Assembly (NCBI GenBank): GCA_036010205.1
Contig: DATGOB010000251.1
Location: 844 to 64,843 of the forward strand
From: Promicromonospora sp.
Lineage (GTDB): Bacteria > Actinomycetota > Actinomycetes > Actinomycetales > Cellulomonadaceae
Length of the DNA: 64,000 bases
Direction: 5' to 3'
The position numbers and the translations under genes were made by a program. Each line of letters starts with the position of its first letter. Positions within the stretch are counted from its first letter, which is position 1. The notes beneath the pieces are model-generated. The model ran no database searches, was not told the DNA's origin, and worked only from the letters and a program-made list of their open reading frames with translations. This document shows positions 38,888 to 48,927 of this stretch, piece by piece.

Positions 38888-41401
38888 TCACCCGACGGTC
38901 CATGTGTGCCGGCCCGACCCCACGGTCTCCTCCGCCGTCCCGGGCAGCCGCACGACGGCCCGCGCGTTCGCGGGCACGTCCGCCTCGACGACGACGCCGC
39001 CACCCGCGCGGCGCCAGGCGACCCGTGCCCGGCCGTACGGCGTGTCGAGCACGGCCTCGGCGTGGTCGATCCCGGCGATCGGCCGGGGCGCGACGAGGAT
39101 CGTCCGGTACCCGGGCTCCGCCGGAGCCAAGCCCGCGACGGTGCGGTGCAGCCAGTCGGCGACGGCGCCGAGCGCGTAGTGGTTGAACGACGTCATCTCG
39201 CCGGGGTTGATCGTGCCGTCCTCGAGCATCGAGTCCCAGCGCTCCCAGACGGTCGTCGCGCCCATCGTCACCGGGTACAGCCAGGACGGGTTGCCGGTCT
39301 CGAGCAGCAGCCGCCCGGCGGTCTCCAGGTGCCCGGTGTCGGTCAGGGCGTCGGCGACGATCGGTGTGCCGACGAACCCCGTGCCGATCCGGTGCCAGTT
39401 CTCCGCGACGAGAGCCGCCAGCCGGTCGCCGAGGCGCTCGCGCAGCGCCGGGTCCCGCACCAGGTCGAAGTGCAGGGCCAGGGCGTAGGCGGTCTGTGAC
39501 GGCGAGGTCAGCGCGCCGTCCTCCCCGACGTACGCCGCGCCGAACGCCGAACGCACCCGCTCGGCGGTCTCCGCGAACCGGCGCGCGTCGTCGTCCCGGC
39601 CGAGGACGGCGGCCGCGCGCGCCGTCAGGTCGCACGACCGCACCAGGTACGCCGTCGCGACCAGGCCGGGATCAGTCATGGCCCGGAACGGGTCGTCCGG
39701 CGGCGCCGCCGGGTCGAGCCAGTCGCCGAACTGGAACCCCTCGTCCCACAGCAGCGTCTCGCCCGCCAGCCCCAGGACGTGCTCCGTCCAGGCGCGCATG
39801 CTGTCGTACTGCGCCGCCAGGACGCCGGCGTCGCCGTACCGCTCGTGCAGCACGTTCGGCACGACGGTCGCGGCGTCGCCCCACGCCGCGGCCGGGCGCG
39901 ACGCCTCGACCAGCACGTTCGGCACCACGAACGGCACGGCGCCCGACGCGTCCTGCTCGATCGCGAGGTCCCGCAGCCACGAGGCGAGGAACGACCGCGT
40001 GTCGAACAGGAAGCTCGCCGTGGGGGAGAAGACCTGGATGTCGCCCGTCCAGCCCAGGCGCTCGTCGCGCTGCGGGCAGTCCGTCGGCACGGACAGGAAG
40101 TTGCCGCGCATGCTCCGCACGACGTTCTCGTGAAGCTGGTTCAGCAGCGCGTGCGAGCTCGTGAACCAGCCCGTGCGCCGCAGCTCGCTGTGCAGCACCT
40201 CGGCCTCGACCTCCCACGCGTCGGCGGGCAGGCCGGACACCTCGACGTAGCGGAAGCCGTGGAACGTCGTGGCCGGCGCCCACACCTCCCCGTCCGGGTC
40301 CCCGGCGGTCACATAGGTGTCCGTCGCCTCGGCGGCCCGCAGCGGGCGGACGCCGAGCTCCCCGTGCTCCAGCACCTCCGCGTGCCGCAGCGTGACCGCG
40401 GTGCCGCGCGGCGCCGTCACCCGCAGGCGCACCCGTCCCACGAGGTTCTGCCCGAGGTCGACGAGCTGCGCCCCGCCCGGCGACGTCAGCCGCGCCACCG
40501 GGGCGACGGTCTCCGTCACCCGGACGGCGGGCGCCGACCTGGCCTCCGGCACGGGCGCCTCGGCGGCGAACCGCACACGCTGCCACCGGGCGTCGTCGAA
40601 GCCGGGCAGGTCCCAGCCGGGGGTCTCGGCCCGCGCGTCGTACACCTCGCCGTCGTACAGGCTGCTGCGCACCACGGGCCCGTCACCCGTCGCGCGCCAG
40701 TCACCGTCCGTCACCACGCGCTCGACCCGGCCGTCCGCGTACTCCAGCCGCAGCTGCAGCGCCACGGACGGTTGCGCGCCGTACCGCGGCTCGGGCAGGA
40801 ACCACCGCTCGGTGAACCAGCCGCCCGCCACGTCGGCGGCCAGCGCGTTCACCGCGCCCGGCCGCACGAGCCCCGTCACGTCGGTCGACTCGTGCACGAG
40901 GCGCTCGCGGTACGGCGTCCAGCCCGGCGTGAGGAGGTGGTCGTCGACGGCGGCGCCGTTCAGCCGCGCCTGGTAGACGCCGAGCGCGGTGCCGAACAGG
41001 GTCGCCCGCACGAGGCCGTCGGCGACCGGGAACTCCCGCCGGACGCGGAACGGCTGGGCGTCGCGCCGCGCGACGGCGAGCTCGACGAACCGGGCGGTCC
41101 ACTCGCCGTCGGCCAGGAACGTCGCGGTGACGTCGACGGGGGTGCTCCACGGCCCCGTCCCGCCGTCGGCCCCCGTGACCCGTACGCGCAGCGTGTGCCG
41201 GGAGTGGGGGAGAAGGTCGGCGAAGGGCCAGGCCACGAGCACGGAACCGGGGCCGTCGAGCGTCACGCGCCGGTCGCCGTCGAGCTCGAGCTCCGCACGC
41301 CCCTGCGTCCAGTCGGGCACCTCGGTCTCTGTGACCCAGGACAGGCGCGGGCGGGGGACGGCGACGGGCGACTCGACCGTCAGCGTGGTGGTGAGCGTCA
41401 T
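38888..41401 (-). CDS. Alpha-L-rhamnosidase, GH78
   Basis: DLGQNLVG, TFHGFRYVEV, PTDCPQRDERLGWTGD, GDWLDP, GATTVWERWD, SFNHYALGAV. Confidence 0.95.
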   Translation of the reverse strand: MTLTTTLTVESPVAVPRPRLSWVTETEVPDWTQGRAELELDGDRRVTLDGPGSVLVAWPFADLLPHSRHTLRVRVTGADGGTGPWSTPVDVTATFLADGEWTARFVELAVARRDAQPFRVRREFPVADGLVRATLFGTALGVYQARLNGAAVDDHLLTPGWTPYRERLVHESTDVTGLVRPGAVNALAADVAGGWFTERWFLPEPRYGAQPSVALQLRLEYADGRVERVVTDGDWRATGDGPVVRSSLYDGEVYDARAETPGWDLPGFDDARWQRVRFAAEAPVPEARSAPAVRVTETVAPVARLTSPGGAQLVDLGQNLVGRVRLRVTAPRGTAVTLRHAEVLEHGELGVRPLRAAEATDTYVTAGDPDGEVWAPATTFHGFRYVEVSGLPADAWEVEAEVLHSELRRTGWFTSSHALLNQLHENVVRSMRGNFLSVPTDCPQRDERLGWTGDIQVFSPTASFLFDTRSFLASWLRDLAIEQDASGAVPFVVPNVLVEASRPAAAWGDAATVVPNVLHERYGDAGVLAAQYDSMRAWTEHVLGLAGETLLWDEGFQFGDWLDPAAPPDDPFRAMTDPGLVATAYLVRSCDLTARAAAVLGRDDDARRFAETAERVRSAFGAAYVGEDGALTSPSQTAYALALHFDLVRDPALRERLGDRLAALVAENWHRIGTGFVGTPIVADALTDTGHLETAGRLLLETGNPSWLYPVTMGATTVWERWDSMLEDGTINPGEMTSFNHYALGAVADWLHRTVAGLAPAEPGYRTILVAPRPIAGIDHAEAVLDTPYGRARVAWRRAGGGVVVEADVPANARAVVRLPGTAEETVGSGRHTWTVG

Positions 41402-41422
41402 GGGCTTCTCCGGGGGTAGGGG

Positions 41423-42256
41423 TCAGCCCTTGAGGGCGCCGTTGGTCATGCCCGCGACGATCTGCCGGTTGAAGAACACGTACAGCACGAGCGGCGGGAT
41501 CGTGATGAGCAGGATGTCCATGAACAGGAGGTTGTACTGGTTCAGCGACTGGCCCTGGAAGTTGTAGAGCGTGAGCTGGACGGTGGCGTTCTCGTCGCCG
41601 GGCAGGAAGTACAGGGGCCCGGTGAAGTCGTTGAACACCGCGACGGCCTGCACCACGACCACCGTGATGATCACGGGCCGCAGGAGCGGCACGATCATGG
41701 TCCAGAACAGGCGGACCGGGCCGGCGCCGTCGAGGATCGCGGCCTCGTCGAGCTCCCGGGGGATCGTCGCGACGAACGCCCGGAACAGCAGGATGCAGAA
41801 CGACAGGCCGAACGTGACCTCGACGAGCACCAGCCCGCCGAGGGTCTTGAACAGCTCGAGGCGCTGCAGCACCCACACGGTCGGCACGACGGCGGGCGGC
41901 ACGATGAGCCCGGCCAGCACCATCGTGTCGACCACGGGGTTGAGCCACGACCGGCGCCGCTGCGTCACGTAGCCGACCATCGCGGCCAGCAGCACCATCG
42001 CCGTCACGCTGAGCACCGTGAGCACCGCCGAGTTGACGAACGCGCGCAGCACCAGGCCGTCCCGGTAGCTCACGACCTCGACGAGGTTGTCGAGGAACGC
42101 CCAGTCCTGCGGCAGCGAGAACTCGAGCTGGGACGCGTCGGGCGCCGTCTTGGACGCCGTGAGCACGATGAACGCGAACGGTACGAGGAAGACGACCGCG
42201 CTCACCGCGATCGCCAGCACGCCGTAGGCGGCGCGGCGCAGACGAAGGGTTCTCAC
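41423..42256 (-). CDS. ABC sugar permease
   Basis: ELDEAAILDGAG EAA loop; GTG 42256 overlaps the upstream stop. Confidence 0.92.
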   Translation of the reverse strand: MRTLRLRRAAYGVLAIAVSAVVFLVPFAFIVLTASKTAPDASQLEFSLPQDWAFLDNLVEVVSYRDGLVLRAFVNSAVLTVLSVTAMVLLAAMVGYVTQRRRSWLNPVVDTMVLAGLIVPPAVVPTVWVLQRLELFKTLGGLVLVEVTFGLSFCILLFRAFVATIPRELDEAAILDGAGPVRLFWTMIVPLLRPVIITVVVVQAVAVFNDFTGPLYFLPGDENATVQLTLYNFQGQSLNQYNLLFMDILLITIPPLVLYVFFNRQIVAGMTNGALKG

Positions 42257-43173
42257 AGCTCCTGCTCCCGTCGTCGCAGGGCCAGGGACACGGGGACCAT
42301 GACGGCGGCCACGACGGCGAACAGCACCACGTTGCCCGCCGTCGACAGGCCGTAGAAGCCCGCCTGGTACTGCTTGTAGATGACCGAGCCGATGACGTCG
42401 CTCGTGAACCCGGGCCCGCCGTTGGTCATCGCCCAGATGAGGTCGAAGGACCGCAGGCCGCCGATGAGCGACAGGATGACGACCGTCCCCGTCGCGGGCA
42501 TGGACAGCGGGAGCGTGATGTGCCGGAACTGCTGCCAGCCGCTCGCGCCGTCCATCCGGGCGGCCTCGAAGTAGTCCTGCGGGATGGCGACGATGCCCGC
42601 GATGAAGATGAGCGTCGCGATGCCGAGGCCCTTCCAGACGTCCACGGCCGCCACGGTGAGCAGGGCGAGGTCGGGGTCGGTGAGCCAGCCCGGCCCTGCG
42701 ACCCCGAACCAGCCCAGCACCTGGTTCACGACGCCGTCGAACGGGTCGAGCAGCACCTTGAACGTGATGCCGACACCGATCGTCGACACCAGCACGGGGA
42801 AGAACACGATCGCGCGCAGGTAGCCCCGGCCGAGGATCGGCGAGGTGAGGAACACGCCCAGCGCCAGCCCGAGCACGACCTTGGCGGCGCTGGTCACCAC
42901 GCCGTAGACCAGCGTGTTCACGAACCCCGTGACGAGCTGCGGTTCCCGGAAGAACTGCACGAAGTTGTCGAACCCGATGAACTCGACGTCGAACAGCGTC
43001 CAGCGCGTGAGGCTGAACCAGAACGACGCGAACGTCGGCACCGCGAAGAACACCAGGAACAGCACGGCGGCGGGGACCGCGAACCACAGGGGGTAGCTCG
43101 AGTCGGTCCGACGGCGTGCCGAGCCCGCTGCCTCCTTGCGCAGGAGCGTGCCGGGTGGCGAGAGGGTCGTCAT
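42253..43173 (-). CDS. ABC sugar permease
   Basis: DYFEAARMDGAS EAA loop, GLRSFDLI; ATG 43173. Confidence 0.92.
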   Translation of the reverse strand: MTTLSPPGTLLRKEAAGSARRRTDSSYPLWFAVPAAVLFLVFFAVPTFASFWFSLTRWTLFDVEFIGFDNFVQFFREPQLVTGFVNTLVYGVVTSAAKVVLGLALGVFLTSPILGRGYLRAIVFFPVLVSTIGVGITFKVLLDPFDGVVNQVLGWFGVAGPGWLTDPDLALLTVAAVDVWKGLGIATLIFIAGIVAIPQDYFEAARMDGASGWQQFRHITLPLSMPATGTVVILSLIGGLRSFDLIWAMTNGGPGFTSDVIGSVIYKQYQAGFYGLSTAGNVVLFAVVAAVMVPVSLALRRREQEL

Positions 43174-43175
43174 GG

Positions 43176-44504
43176 TCACCAGCCGTCGAGGCCGAGCTGC
43201 TGGGCCTGCTTGCGCACGTCCTCGTCGTAGGCGGCCGCGCCGTCCGCGGCCGACCGGATGCCGGAGCCCACCTCGATCGCGATGTTCTCCAGGTTGGGGC
43301 CCTTGACCGGCGAGACGAACTCCAGCGCGGGCTCGGCGCGGCCCTCGTCGACGTAGGCCTGCAGGTCCTCGACCATGCGCGGCACGCCGTCCTCGAGCGG
43401 GCACGTGTCGATCACGTACGGTCCGGTCGCGACGCCGGTGTCCTGCGCGATCGCGCACGCCTCGGGGCTGGAGGTGATGAACTCGACGAGCGTCTTCGCG
43501 GCCTCCAGCTCCTCGCCCGTCGTGCTGCTCGGGATGTACACGGCGCCCGGCTGCCAGATCGTCGCCGCCGTGTGCTCGGCGTCGGGGGCGGGCAGGGCGA
43601 AGAAGCCGACGTCGTCCAGCTCGTCGGGGTTGTTCTGCGCGATGGCGGGCGCCGCGTTCGTGAGCATCGGGTAGTGCGCCGCCCCGCCCTCGGCGAGCTG
43701 CCGGAGCGCCTGGTCGTGCGTGAGCGACGCGAAGTCCTCGTTGAGCAGGCCCGCGTCGTGCACCTCCTGCAGGTGCTCGAACCCGGCGAGCGCCGGCTCC
43801 TGCGCGAACTTCGCCTCGCCCGCGGTGAACCTGTCGGCCCACTCCGGGTCCTCCTGCGCGACCGACCCGTGGGCGGCGAGGATCAGCATCTGCGCCGTCC
43901 ACGTCTCGCCGTAGGCCTGCAGCACCGGCGTGACGTCGGGGCGTTCGCGGGCGATCGTCTCGCTGTTCGCGACGAAGTCGTCCCAGGTCTCCGGCACCTC
44001 GAGGCCGAGCTCCTCGTAGAGCGGCACGTTGTAGAGGATGCCGCCGCCGAAGGAGGAGCCGGTCGGCGCGCCGTACAGGCCCTGCTCGGTGCGGACCGTG
44101 TCGAGGAAGTCGTCGGTCACGTGCGAGACCCACTCCTCGTCCGAGAGGTCCGTCAGCGTCTGGTCCGGGTTGAGTGCCTGCAGCAGCGACCCCGTGTTGT
44201 AGACGAAGACGTCCTCCATCTCGCCCGTGGCGAGCTTGGTCTTGGTGAGGTTGTCGCCCTCCGTGCCGTCCGGCTGCGTCTGCAGGTCGACGGCGATGTC
44301 CGGGTGCGCCTCCTCGAACGCGGCGATGAGGCGCTCGGCGGACTCGACGCCCGTCGGGTCGTTCGGCACCAGGTAGCTGATCTCGGTCGCGCCGCCACCG
44401 TCTCCGCCGCCGGAGCACCCCGCGACGAGGGCGCCGAGCGTCACCGCCGCACCGGCCGCAAGACCTCGCCGGAGCCCTCGGCCGTGGCCGTGTGCTGTGA
44501 ACAT
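43176..44504 (-). CDS. ABC sugar-binding lipoprotein
   Basis: Lipobox LVAGC; KTKLATGEM, GILYN...ETWDDF. Confidence 0.92.
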   Translation of the reverse strand: MFTAHGHGRGLRRGLAAGAAVTLGALVAGCSGGGDGGGATEISYLVPNDPTGVESAERLIAAFEEAHPDIAVDLQTQPDGTEGDNLTKTKLATGEMEDVFVYNTGSLLQALNPDQTLTDLSDEEWVSHVTDDFLDTVRTEQGLYGAPTGSSFGGGILYNVPLYEELGLEVPETWDDFVANSETIARERPDVTPVLQAYGETWTAQMLILAAHGSVAQEDPEWADRFTAGEAKFAQEPALAGFEHLQEVHDAGLLNEDFASLTHDQALRQLAEGGAAHYPMLTNAAPAIAQNNPDELDDVGFFALPAPDAEHTAATIWQPGAVYIPSSTTGEELEAAKTLVEFITSSPEACAIAQDTGVATGPYVIDTCPLEDGVPRMVEDLQAYVDEGRAEPALEFVSPVKGPNLENIAIEVGSGIRSAADGAAAYDEDVRKQAQQLGLDGW

Positions 44505-44532
44505 GCCTACCTCCTTGTGGCCACCGGGTACG

Positions 44533-44591
44533 TTTGCCTCGATGCAAACTCCGGTTCGCCGACATGCTAGGGGTGGCGTTGAATCGATGCA
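44533..44591. promoter_or_regulatory. Putative LacI operators in the divergent promoter
   Basis: TTTGCCTCGATGCAAA (44533) and TGAATCGATGCA (44580), imperfect palindromes sharing TCGATGCA. Confidence 0.5.
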
Positions 44592-44637
44592 AGGGCCGTC
44601 GTGGCCGTAGGCTCCGCCCGTGGAGGGGAGGGCTCAC

Positions 44638-45636
44638 ATGGTGACGCGCCGCGAGGTCGCCGAGGCCGCAGGCGTCTCCGTGCGCACGGTGTCCAACGTC
44701 GTCAACGGGTTCGTGCACGTCGCGGAGCCGACGCGCCGGCGGGTGCTCGAGGCCGTCGAGCGGCTCGGCTACCGGCCCAGCGAGATGGCGCGGAGCCTCA
44801 AGGTCGGCCGCACCGGGCTCATCGGCCTCATGCTGCCGGACCTCGAGACGCCCTACTTCGCCGAGCTCACCCGCGACTTCGTCGAGGAGGGCGCGGCCCG
44901 CGGCTTCACCGTCGTCATCGACCAGACCGACGGCGACCTCGAGCGCGAGACGTCGCTGCTCGCGCGGGCCGCGCGCGGCGGGCTGTTCGACGCGCTCGTG
45001 CTCAGCCCCATCGCGCTGCGGGCCCACGACGTGACCGCCCGGCTGCCCGACAGCCCCCTGGTGTTCCTCGGCGAGACGGACGTCCCGGGGTTCGACCACG
45101 TCGCCATCGACAACCGGGAGGCCGCGCGGGTCGCGGTGCGCCACCTCGTCGAGCGCGGGCACCGACGCATCGCCGCGATCGGCTGGCGCGACGACGGCAA
45201 CGGGACCGTCGAGCTCCGCACCGCCGGGTACCTTGCGGCGCTCGAGGAGGCGGGTCTCGCGGTGCCCTCGGGCGGCATGCCCCTGACAGGCGGGTTCGGG
45301 CGGCGCTTCGGTGCCGAGACCCTGCGCACCTTGGTCGACGGCGGCGACCCGCCGGACGCCGTCTTCTGCTTCTCCGACTCGCTCGCCCTCGGCGCGCTGC
45401 GGGCCGCCCACGACGCCGGGCTGCGCGTGCCCGACGACCTCGCGGTCGTCGGCTTCGACGACGCCGAGGACGGCCGCTACTCGGTGCCGTCGCTCACCAG
45501 CGTCTCACCGGACAAGCGGTGGATCGCGCACACGGCGTTCACGCGCATCGCCCGGCGGCTCGCGGGCGAGGACATGCCGGCCGAGACGCTGGTGGCGCCG
45601 TTCCGGCTCGTCGTGCGGGAGAGCAGCGGCGGCTGA
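44638..45636 (+). CDS. LacI family regulator
   Basis: VTRREVAEAAGVSVRTVSNVVNG; PDDLAVVGFDD...PSLTSV. Confidence 0.95.
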   Translation: MVTRREVAEAAGVSVRTVSNVVNGFVHVAEPTRRRVLEAVERLGYRPSEMARSLKVGRTGLIGLMLPDLETPYFAELTRDFVEEGAARGFTVVIDQTDGDLERETSLLARAARGGLFDALVLSPIALRAHDVTARLPDSPLVFLGETDVPGFDHVAIDNREAARVAVRHLVERGHRRIAAIGWRDDGNGTVELRTAGYLAALEEAGLAVPSGGMPLTGGFGRRFGAETLRTLVDGGDPPDAVFCFSDSLALGALRAAHDAGLRVPDDLAVVGFDDAEDGRYSVPSLTSVSPDKRWIAHTAFTRIARRLAGEDMPAETLVAPFRLVVRESSGG

Positions 45637-45663
45637 CCCCGCACGGTGGCTGAGTCGGTGCGC

Positions 45664-45837
45664 TCAGTCGGTGAACGCGTCCTTGACGTCGTCGCCGGCC
45701 TTCTTGAGCTTGGCCTTCGTCTGGTCGACCTCGCCCTCGGCCTGGAGGTCCTCGTCGTCGGTGGCGCGGCCGGCGGTCTCCTTGAGCTTGCCGCCCGCGT
45801 CCTCGGCGGCGTGCTTGATCTTGTCGTCCATGCCCAT
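45664..45837 (-). CDS. CsbD family stress protein
   Basis: MGMDDKIKHAAEDAGGKLKETAGRATDDEDLQAEG...KKAGDDVKDAF. Confidence 0.9.
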   Translation of the reverse strand: MGMDDKIKHAAEDAGGKLKETAGRATDDEDLQAEGEVDQTKAKLKKAGDDVKDAFTD

Positions 45838-45914
45838 GGTGTCCTCCGGTGCTCGGTGGGGTGGTACCAGCCCACCGTCACCCGGGCGCGCGGCACTCGC
45901 CACCCGCGGCGGGG

Positions 45915-46544
45915 TCACTCCTTCCAGACGAGGACCTCGACGTCGATCTCGGTGCTGTCCGCCCCGGGCGCGATCTTCGTGAAGTGCACCCGGGCTGTGC
46001 GTCCGCCGTCGGAGTCGACGCACACGTACTTGTCGAGGAGCCCCTCGTACCGCGTGGACGACGTCAGCTGGGTGCGGGCGTCGCAGTCCGCGTGGCTGGG
46101 CTCGTCGTCGAACACCGTGAGATTCTCGCCCTCGACGAAGCCGCTGCTGAGGCAGAAGTCTCCCTGGTAGTCGGTGGCGTCCCAGTCGGGCGCGGTGCTG
46201 TCGAGCGTGATGCACGAGTAGTTGTCCAGGTGGAGCGGTCCGTCCGTCTGCCGGACGACCTCCACGTCGTCGTCCGCCGCGCTCACCGTGCCGGAACCCG
46301 TGCCGACGCCCGACGCCTCGGCGAGCTGGTCCTCGAGCTCGCCGTTGCGCTGCTCGAGCTCGTTCACCTTGCCCTCGAGCGACTGCACCGTCTGCTCGAG
46401 CTCGGACGACCCCGGCCTGCCCGTGAGCGACGGAATCTCCACCGCCCCGGAGAAGAGGCCGATGACGGCCGCGAGGACCGTGCCGGCCGCGACGATGAGC
46501 GCCACGATGATCGACGTCCTCGAGTCGGAAGATCCGTCCGCCAT
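45915..46544 (-). CDS. Hypothetical membrane-anchored protein with coiled coil and Cys-containing C-terminal domain
   Basis: N-terminal TM, heptad LEQTVQSLEGKVNELEQRNGELEDQL, acidic beta-rich domain with 4 Cys. Confidence 0.7.
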   Translation of the reverse strand: MADGSSDSRTSIIVALIVAAGTVLAAVIGLFSGAVEIPSLTGRPGSSELEQTVQSLEGKVNELEQRNGELEDQLAEASGVGTGSGTVSAADDDVEVVRQTDGPLHLDNYSCITLDSTAPDWDATDYQGDFCLSSGFVEGENLTVFDDEPSHADCDARTQLTSSTRYEGLLDKYVCVDSDGGRTARVHFTKIAPGADSTEIDVEVLVWKE

Positions 46545-46661
46545 GCCCCTGCCCCAGCCGCTCGTCGTGAAGGTCGGGCACAGCGTAGTGCTTCACCCGC
46601 CGTTGTCACGTGACGTGCGACGGGCCGGTCCGGCGCCGTGGCGCCGGGCCGGGACCCGCCG

Positions 46662-47231
46662 CTACGCCGTCTGCCGCACGCGGTCGGCGAGCAGGCCCGC
46701 GACGTCGTCGACCGCCATCTCGACGCGACCGTAGACGCGGGGTGTGAGCAGCGTCGTGCCGTCGAAGTCACCGGACGACGCGAACACCGCCACGGGCACG
46801 GTCAGCGACTGGAAGAAGCCGAACAGCGGGCGCAGCGCGTGCTCCAGCACGAGGGCGTGGTGCTCCCCGCCGCCGGTCGCGGCCAGCAGCACGGGCTTGT
46901 TCGCCAGGGCGTACTGGTCCACGAGGTCGAAGAAGTGCTTGAACAGCCCGGTGTAGGAGCCGCGGAACACCGGGGTGGCGGCGACCAGGAGGTCGGCCTG
47001 CTCGGCCTGGCGCAGCACCTCCTCGACGGCGGGGGCCACGCGGTCGCGCTCGAGGGCGCCCGTGAAGTCGGGGCCGAGCCGGTAGACGTCGATCCGCCGG
47101 GCCTCGACCGCCACGCCGTGCGGGGCGAGTGCCTTCTCGAGCGTGCCGAGCACCACGTCGACGAGCCCCACCGTCTTCGACTTCTCGCTCGGGCTCCCGT
47201 TGACGGCGACCACGCGCAGGGCGGCGCTCAT
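46662..47231 (-). CDS. NAD(P)H-dependent FMN reductase
   Basis: VVAVNGSPS..SKT, ATPVFRGSYTGLFKHFFD, LAATGG. Confidence 0.92.
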   Translation of the reverse strand: MSAALRVVAVNGSPSEKSKTVGLVDVVLGTLEKALAPHGVAVEARRIDVYRLGPDFTGALERDRVAPAVEEVLRQAEQADLLVAATPVFRGSYTGLFKHFFDLVDQYALANKPVLLAATGGGEHHALVLEHALRPLFGFFQSLTVPVAVFASSGDFDGTTLLTPRVYGRVEMAVDDVAGLLADRVRQTA

Positions 47232-48322
47232 GCGACGCGCGCCGTCCGCCCGGCGACCTCGCGGCGCACGACGGGTGCCACCTCGGTGCCGAGCAGCTCG
47301 ATCGCCTCGAGCACGTCCTTCTGAGCCATGCCGCCGAACCCGATCTGGATCAGCGCGCGGTCGAGCCCGTACACCTCGTGGTAGGCCAGCAGCTTGTCGA
47401 CGACCTCCTGCGGGCTGCCGACGACGAGGCCCGCGGCGGGCGAGGTCTGTGCGTCGAACGCGACGCGCGGCATCTGGAAGCCGCGACCCCGCTGGTGGTT
47501 GTTCTCCATCATCCCGCGCGCGAACGCGGGGTACATCGTGTCGCGTGCGCCCTGGCTGGTGCGTGCGACGTGGCCGTGCACGTTGATGCTGGTGCGGAGC
47601 GTCGCCGGGTCGTGGCCGGCCTGCTCGGCGGCCGCCCGGTACGTCTCGACCGTCTGCTCGTGGTAGGTCAGCGGGCCGAGCAGCAGCGCCATGGCCATGG
47701 GCAGGCCGAGGCGTCCCGTCGCGACGGCGGACGCGAGCGTGCCGCCGACGCCGACCCAGACGGGCAGCTCGTCCTGCACGGCGCGCGGGCCGATGTCGGC
47801 GTTCTCGAGCGGCGGGCGGAACCGGCCGCGCCACGTGAGGGGGTTGCGGTCCCGGATGGCCAGCAGCAGCTCGAGCTTCTCGCGGAAGAGGTCGGCGTAG
47901 TCCGCCAGGTCGTAGCCGAACAGCGGGAACGACTCGGTGTACGAGCCGCGGCCGGCGATGATCTCGGCGCGCCCGCCCGAGAACTGGTCGAGGGTGGCGA
48001 ACTGCTCCCAGACGCGGACCGGGTCGTCCGAGCTGAGCACGGTGACGGAGCTGCTCAGGCGGATGTGCTCCGTCGCCTCGGCCGCCGCGGCGAGCACCAT
48101 CGCGGGGGCGGACCCGACGAAGTCGGTGCGGTGGTGCTCGCCGACGGCGAACAGGTCGAGCCCGACCTGGTCGGCGAGCCGCGCCTGCTCGATCGTGTCG
48201 CGGGCGCGGCGGTGGGGGGAGGGGGTGCGTCCGGTCGCCGGGTCCTCGGTGATCTCCACGAACGTCATGAAGCCGATCTCGAACGGCGAGCGCTCCCGCC
48301 CCGGGCGGGTCTCGGTGGTCAT
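47228..48322 (-). CDS. LLM-class flavin-dependent monooxygenase
   Basis: GLDLFAVGEHHR, LSSSVTVLSSDDPVRVWEQFATLD, GRGSYTESFPLFG. Confidence 0.92.
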   Translation of the reverse strand: MTTETRPGRERSPFEIGFMTFVEITEDPATGRTPSPHRRARDTIEQARLADQVGLDLFAVGEHHRTDFVGSAPAMVLAAAAEATEHIRLSSSVTVLSSDDPVRVWEQFATLDQFSGGRAEIIAGRGSYTESFPLFGYDLADYADLFREKLELLLAIRDRNPLTWRGRFRPPLENADIGPRAVQDELPVWVGVGGTLASAVATGRLGLPMAMALLLGPLTYHEQTVETYRAAAEQAGHDPATLRTSINVHGHVARTSQGARDTMYPAFARGMMENNHQRGRGFQMPRVAFDAQTSPAAGLVVGSPQEVVDKLLAYHEVYGLDRALIQIGFGGMAQKDVLEAIELLGTEVAPVVRREVAGRTARVA

Positions 48323-48389
48323 CGCGGTTACCTGTCTCTCGTGTGCGGTCCGATGGGTCGTGCGCGGCGGTGCACCGCCGCCGTCCGAT

Positions 48390-48413
48390 ATAACTGTCTG
48401 CGCAGGCAGATAT
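48390..48413. promoter_or_regulatory. Putative MarR operator
   Basis: ATAACTGTCTGCGCAGGCAGATAT, an imperfect palindrome (10/12 pairs) between the divergent LLM and MarR genes. Confidence 0.6.
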
Positions 48414-48452
48414 TCCGCCGCGCGGCGGACCGGTCACGGTTAGGATCCCGAC

Positions 48453-48914
48453 ATGACGACGCCGCGCCTCACCGCCCTCGAGGACGAGGCCTGGCGGGGC
48501 TTCCTCTACGCGCACGACCGGATCTGGCGCGAGATCGAGGAGGGCCTCGCGCCCCTCGGCGTGAGCATGGCCGAGTACAGCGTGCTCGCGCTCCTGGGGG
48601 AGGCAGGCCGGGACGGGATGCGGATGTCGGAGCTCGCGCGTCGGCGCGTCATGTCGACCGGCGGCTTCACCCGGATGGCGGACCGGCTCGAGCGCCGCGG
48701 GCTCATCGAGCGCCGGCGGATCGAGGAGGACGGGCGCGGCTACGTCGCCACGCTCACCGAGGAGGGCCGGACCCTTCTGCGCAAGGCCTGGCGCCGGCAG
48801 CACGCGGACATCCGCCGCCTCTTCCTCGACCACCTCGACGACGACGACGTCCGCGCGCTGGTGCGGGTGTGGTCGCGCCTCGACCTCGACCCGGAGGTGG
48901 GGCGGGGGCGCTGA
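48453..48914 (+). CDS. MarR family regulator
   Basis: MRMSELARRRVMSTGGFTRMADRLERRGLIER...DGRG...LTEEG winged HTH. Confidence 0.92.
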   Translation: MTTPRLTALEDEAWRGFLYAHDRIWREIEEGLAPLGVSMAEYSVLALLGEAGRDGMRMSELARRRVMSTGGFTRMADRLERRGLIERRRIEEDGRGYVATLTEEGRTLLRKAWRRQHADIRRLFLDHLDDDDVRALVRVWSRLDLDPEVGRGR

Positions 48915-48927
48915 GCCCCCGCCCGTC

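Noticed and set aside
42253-45411. 1052-aa minus-strand ORF
   Set aside because: Only 42253..43173 is a permease; the upstream part shadows the SBP and LacI genes.
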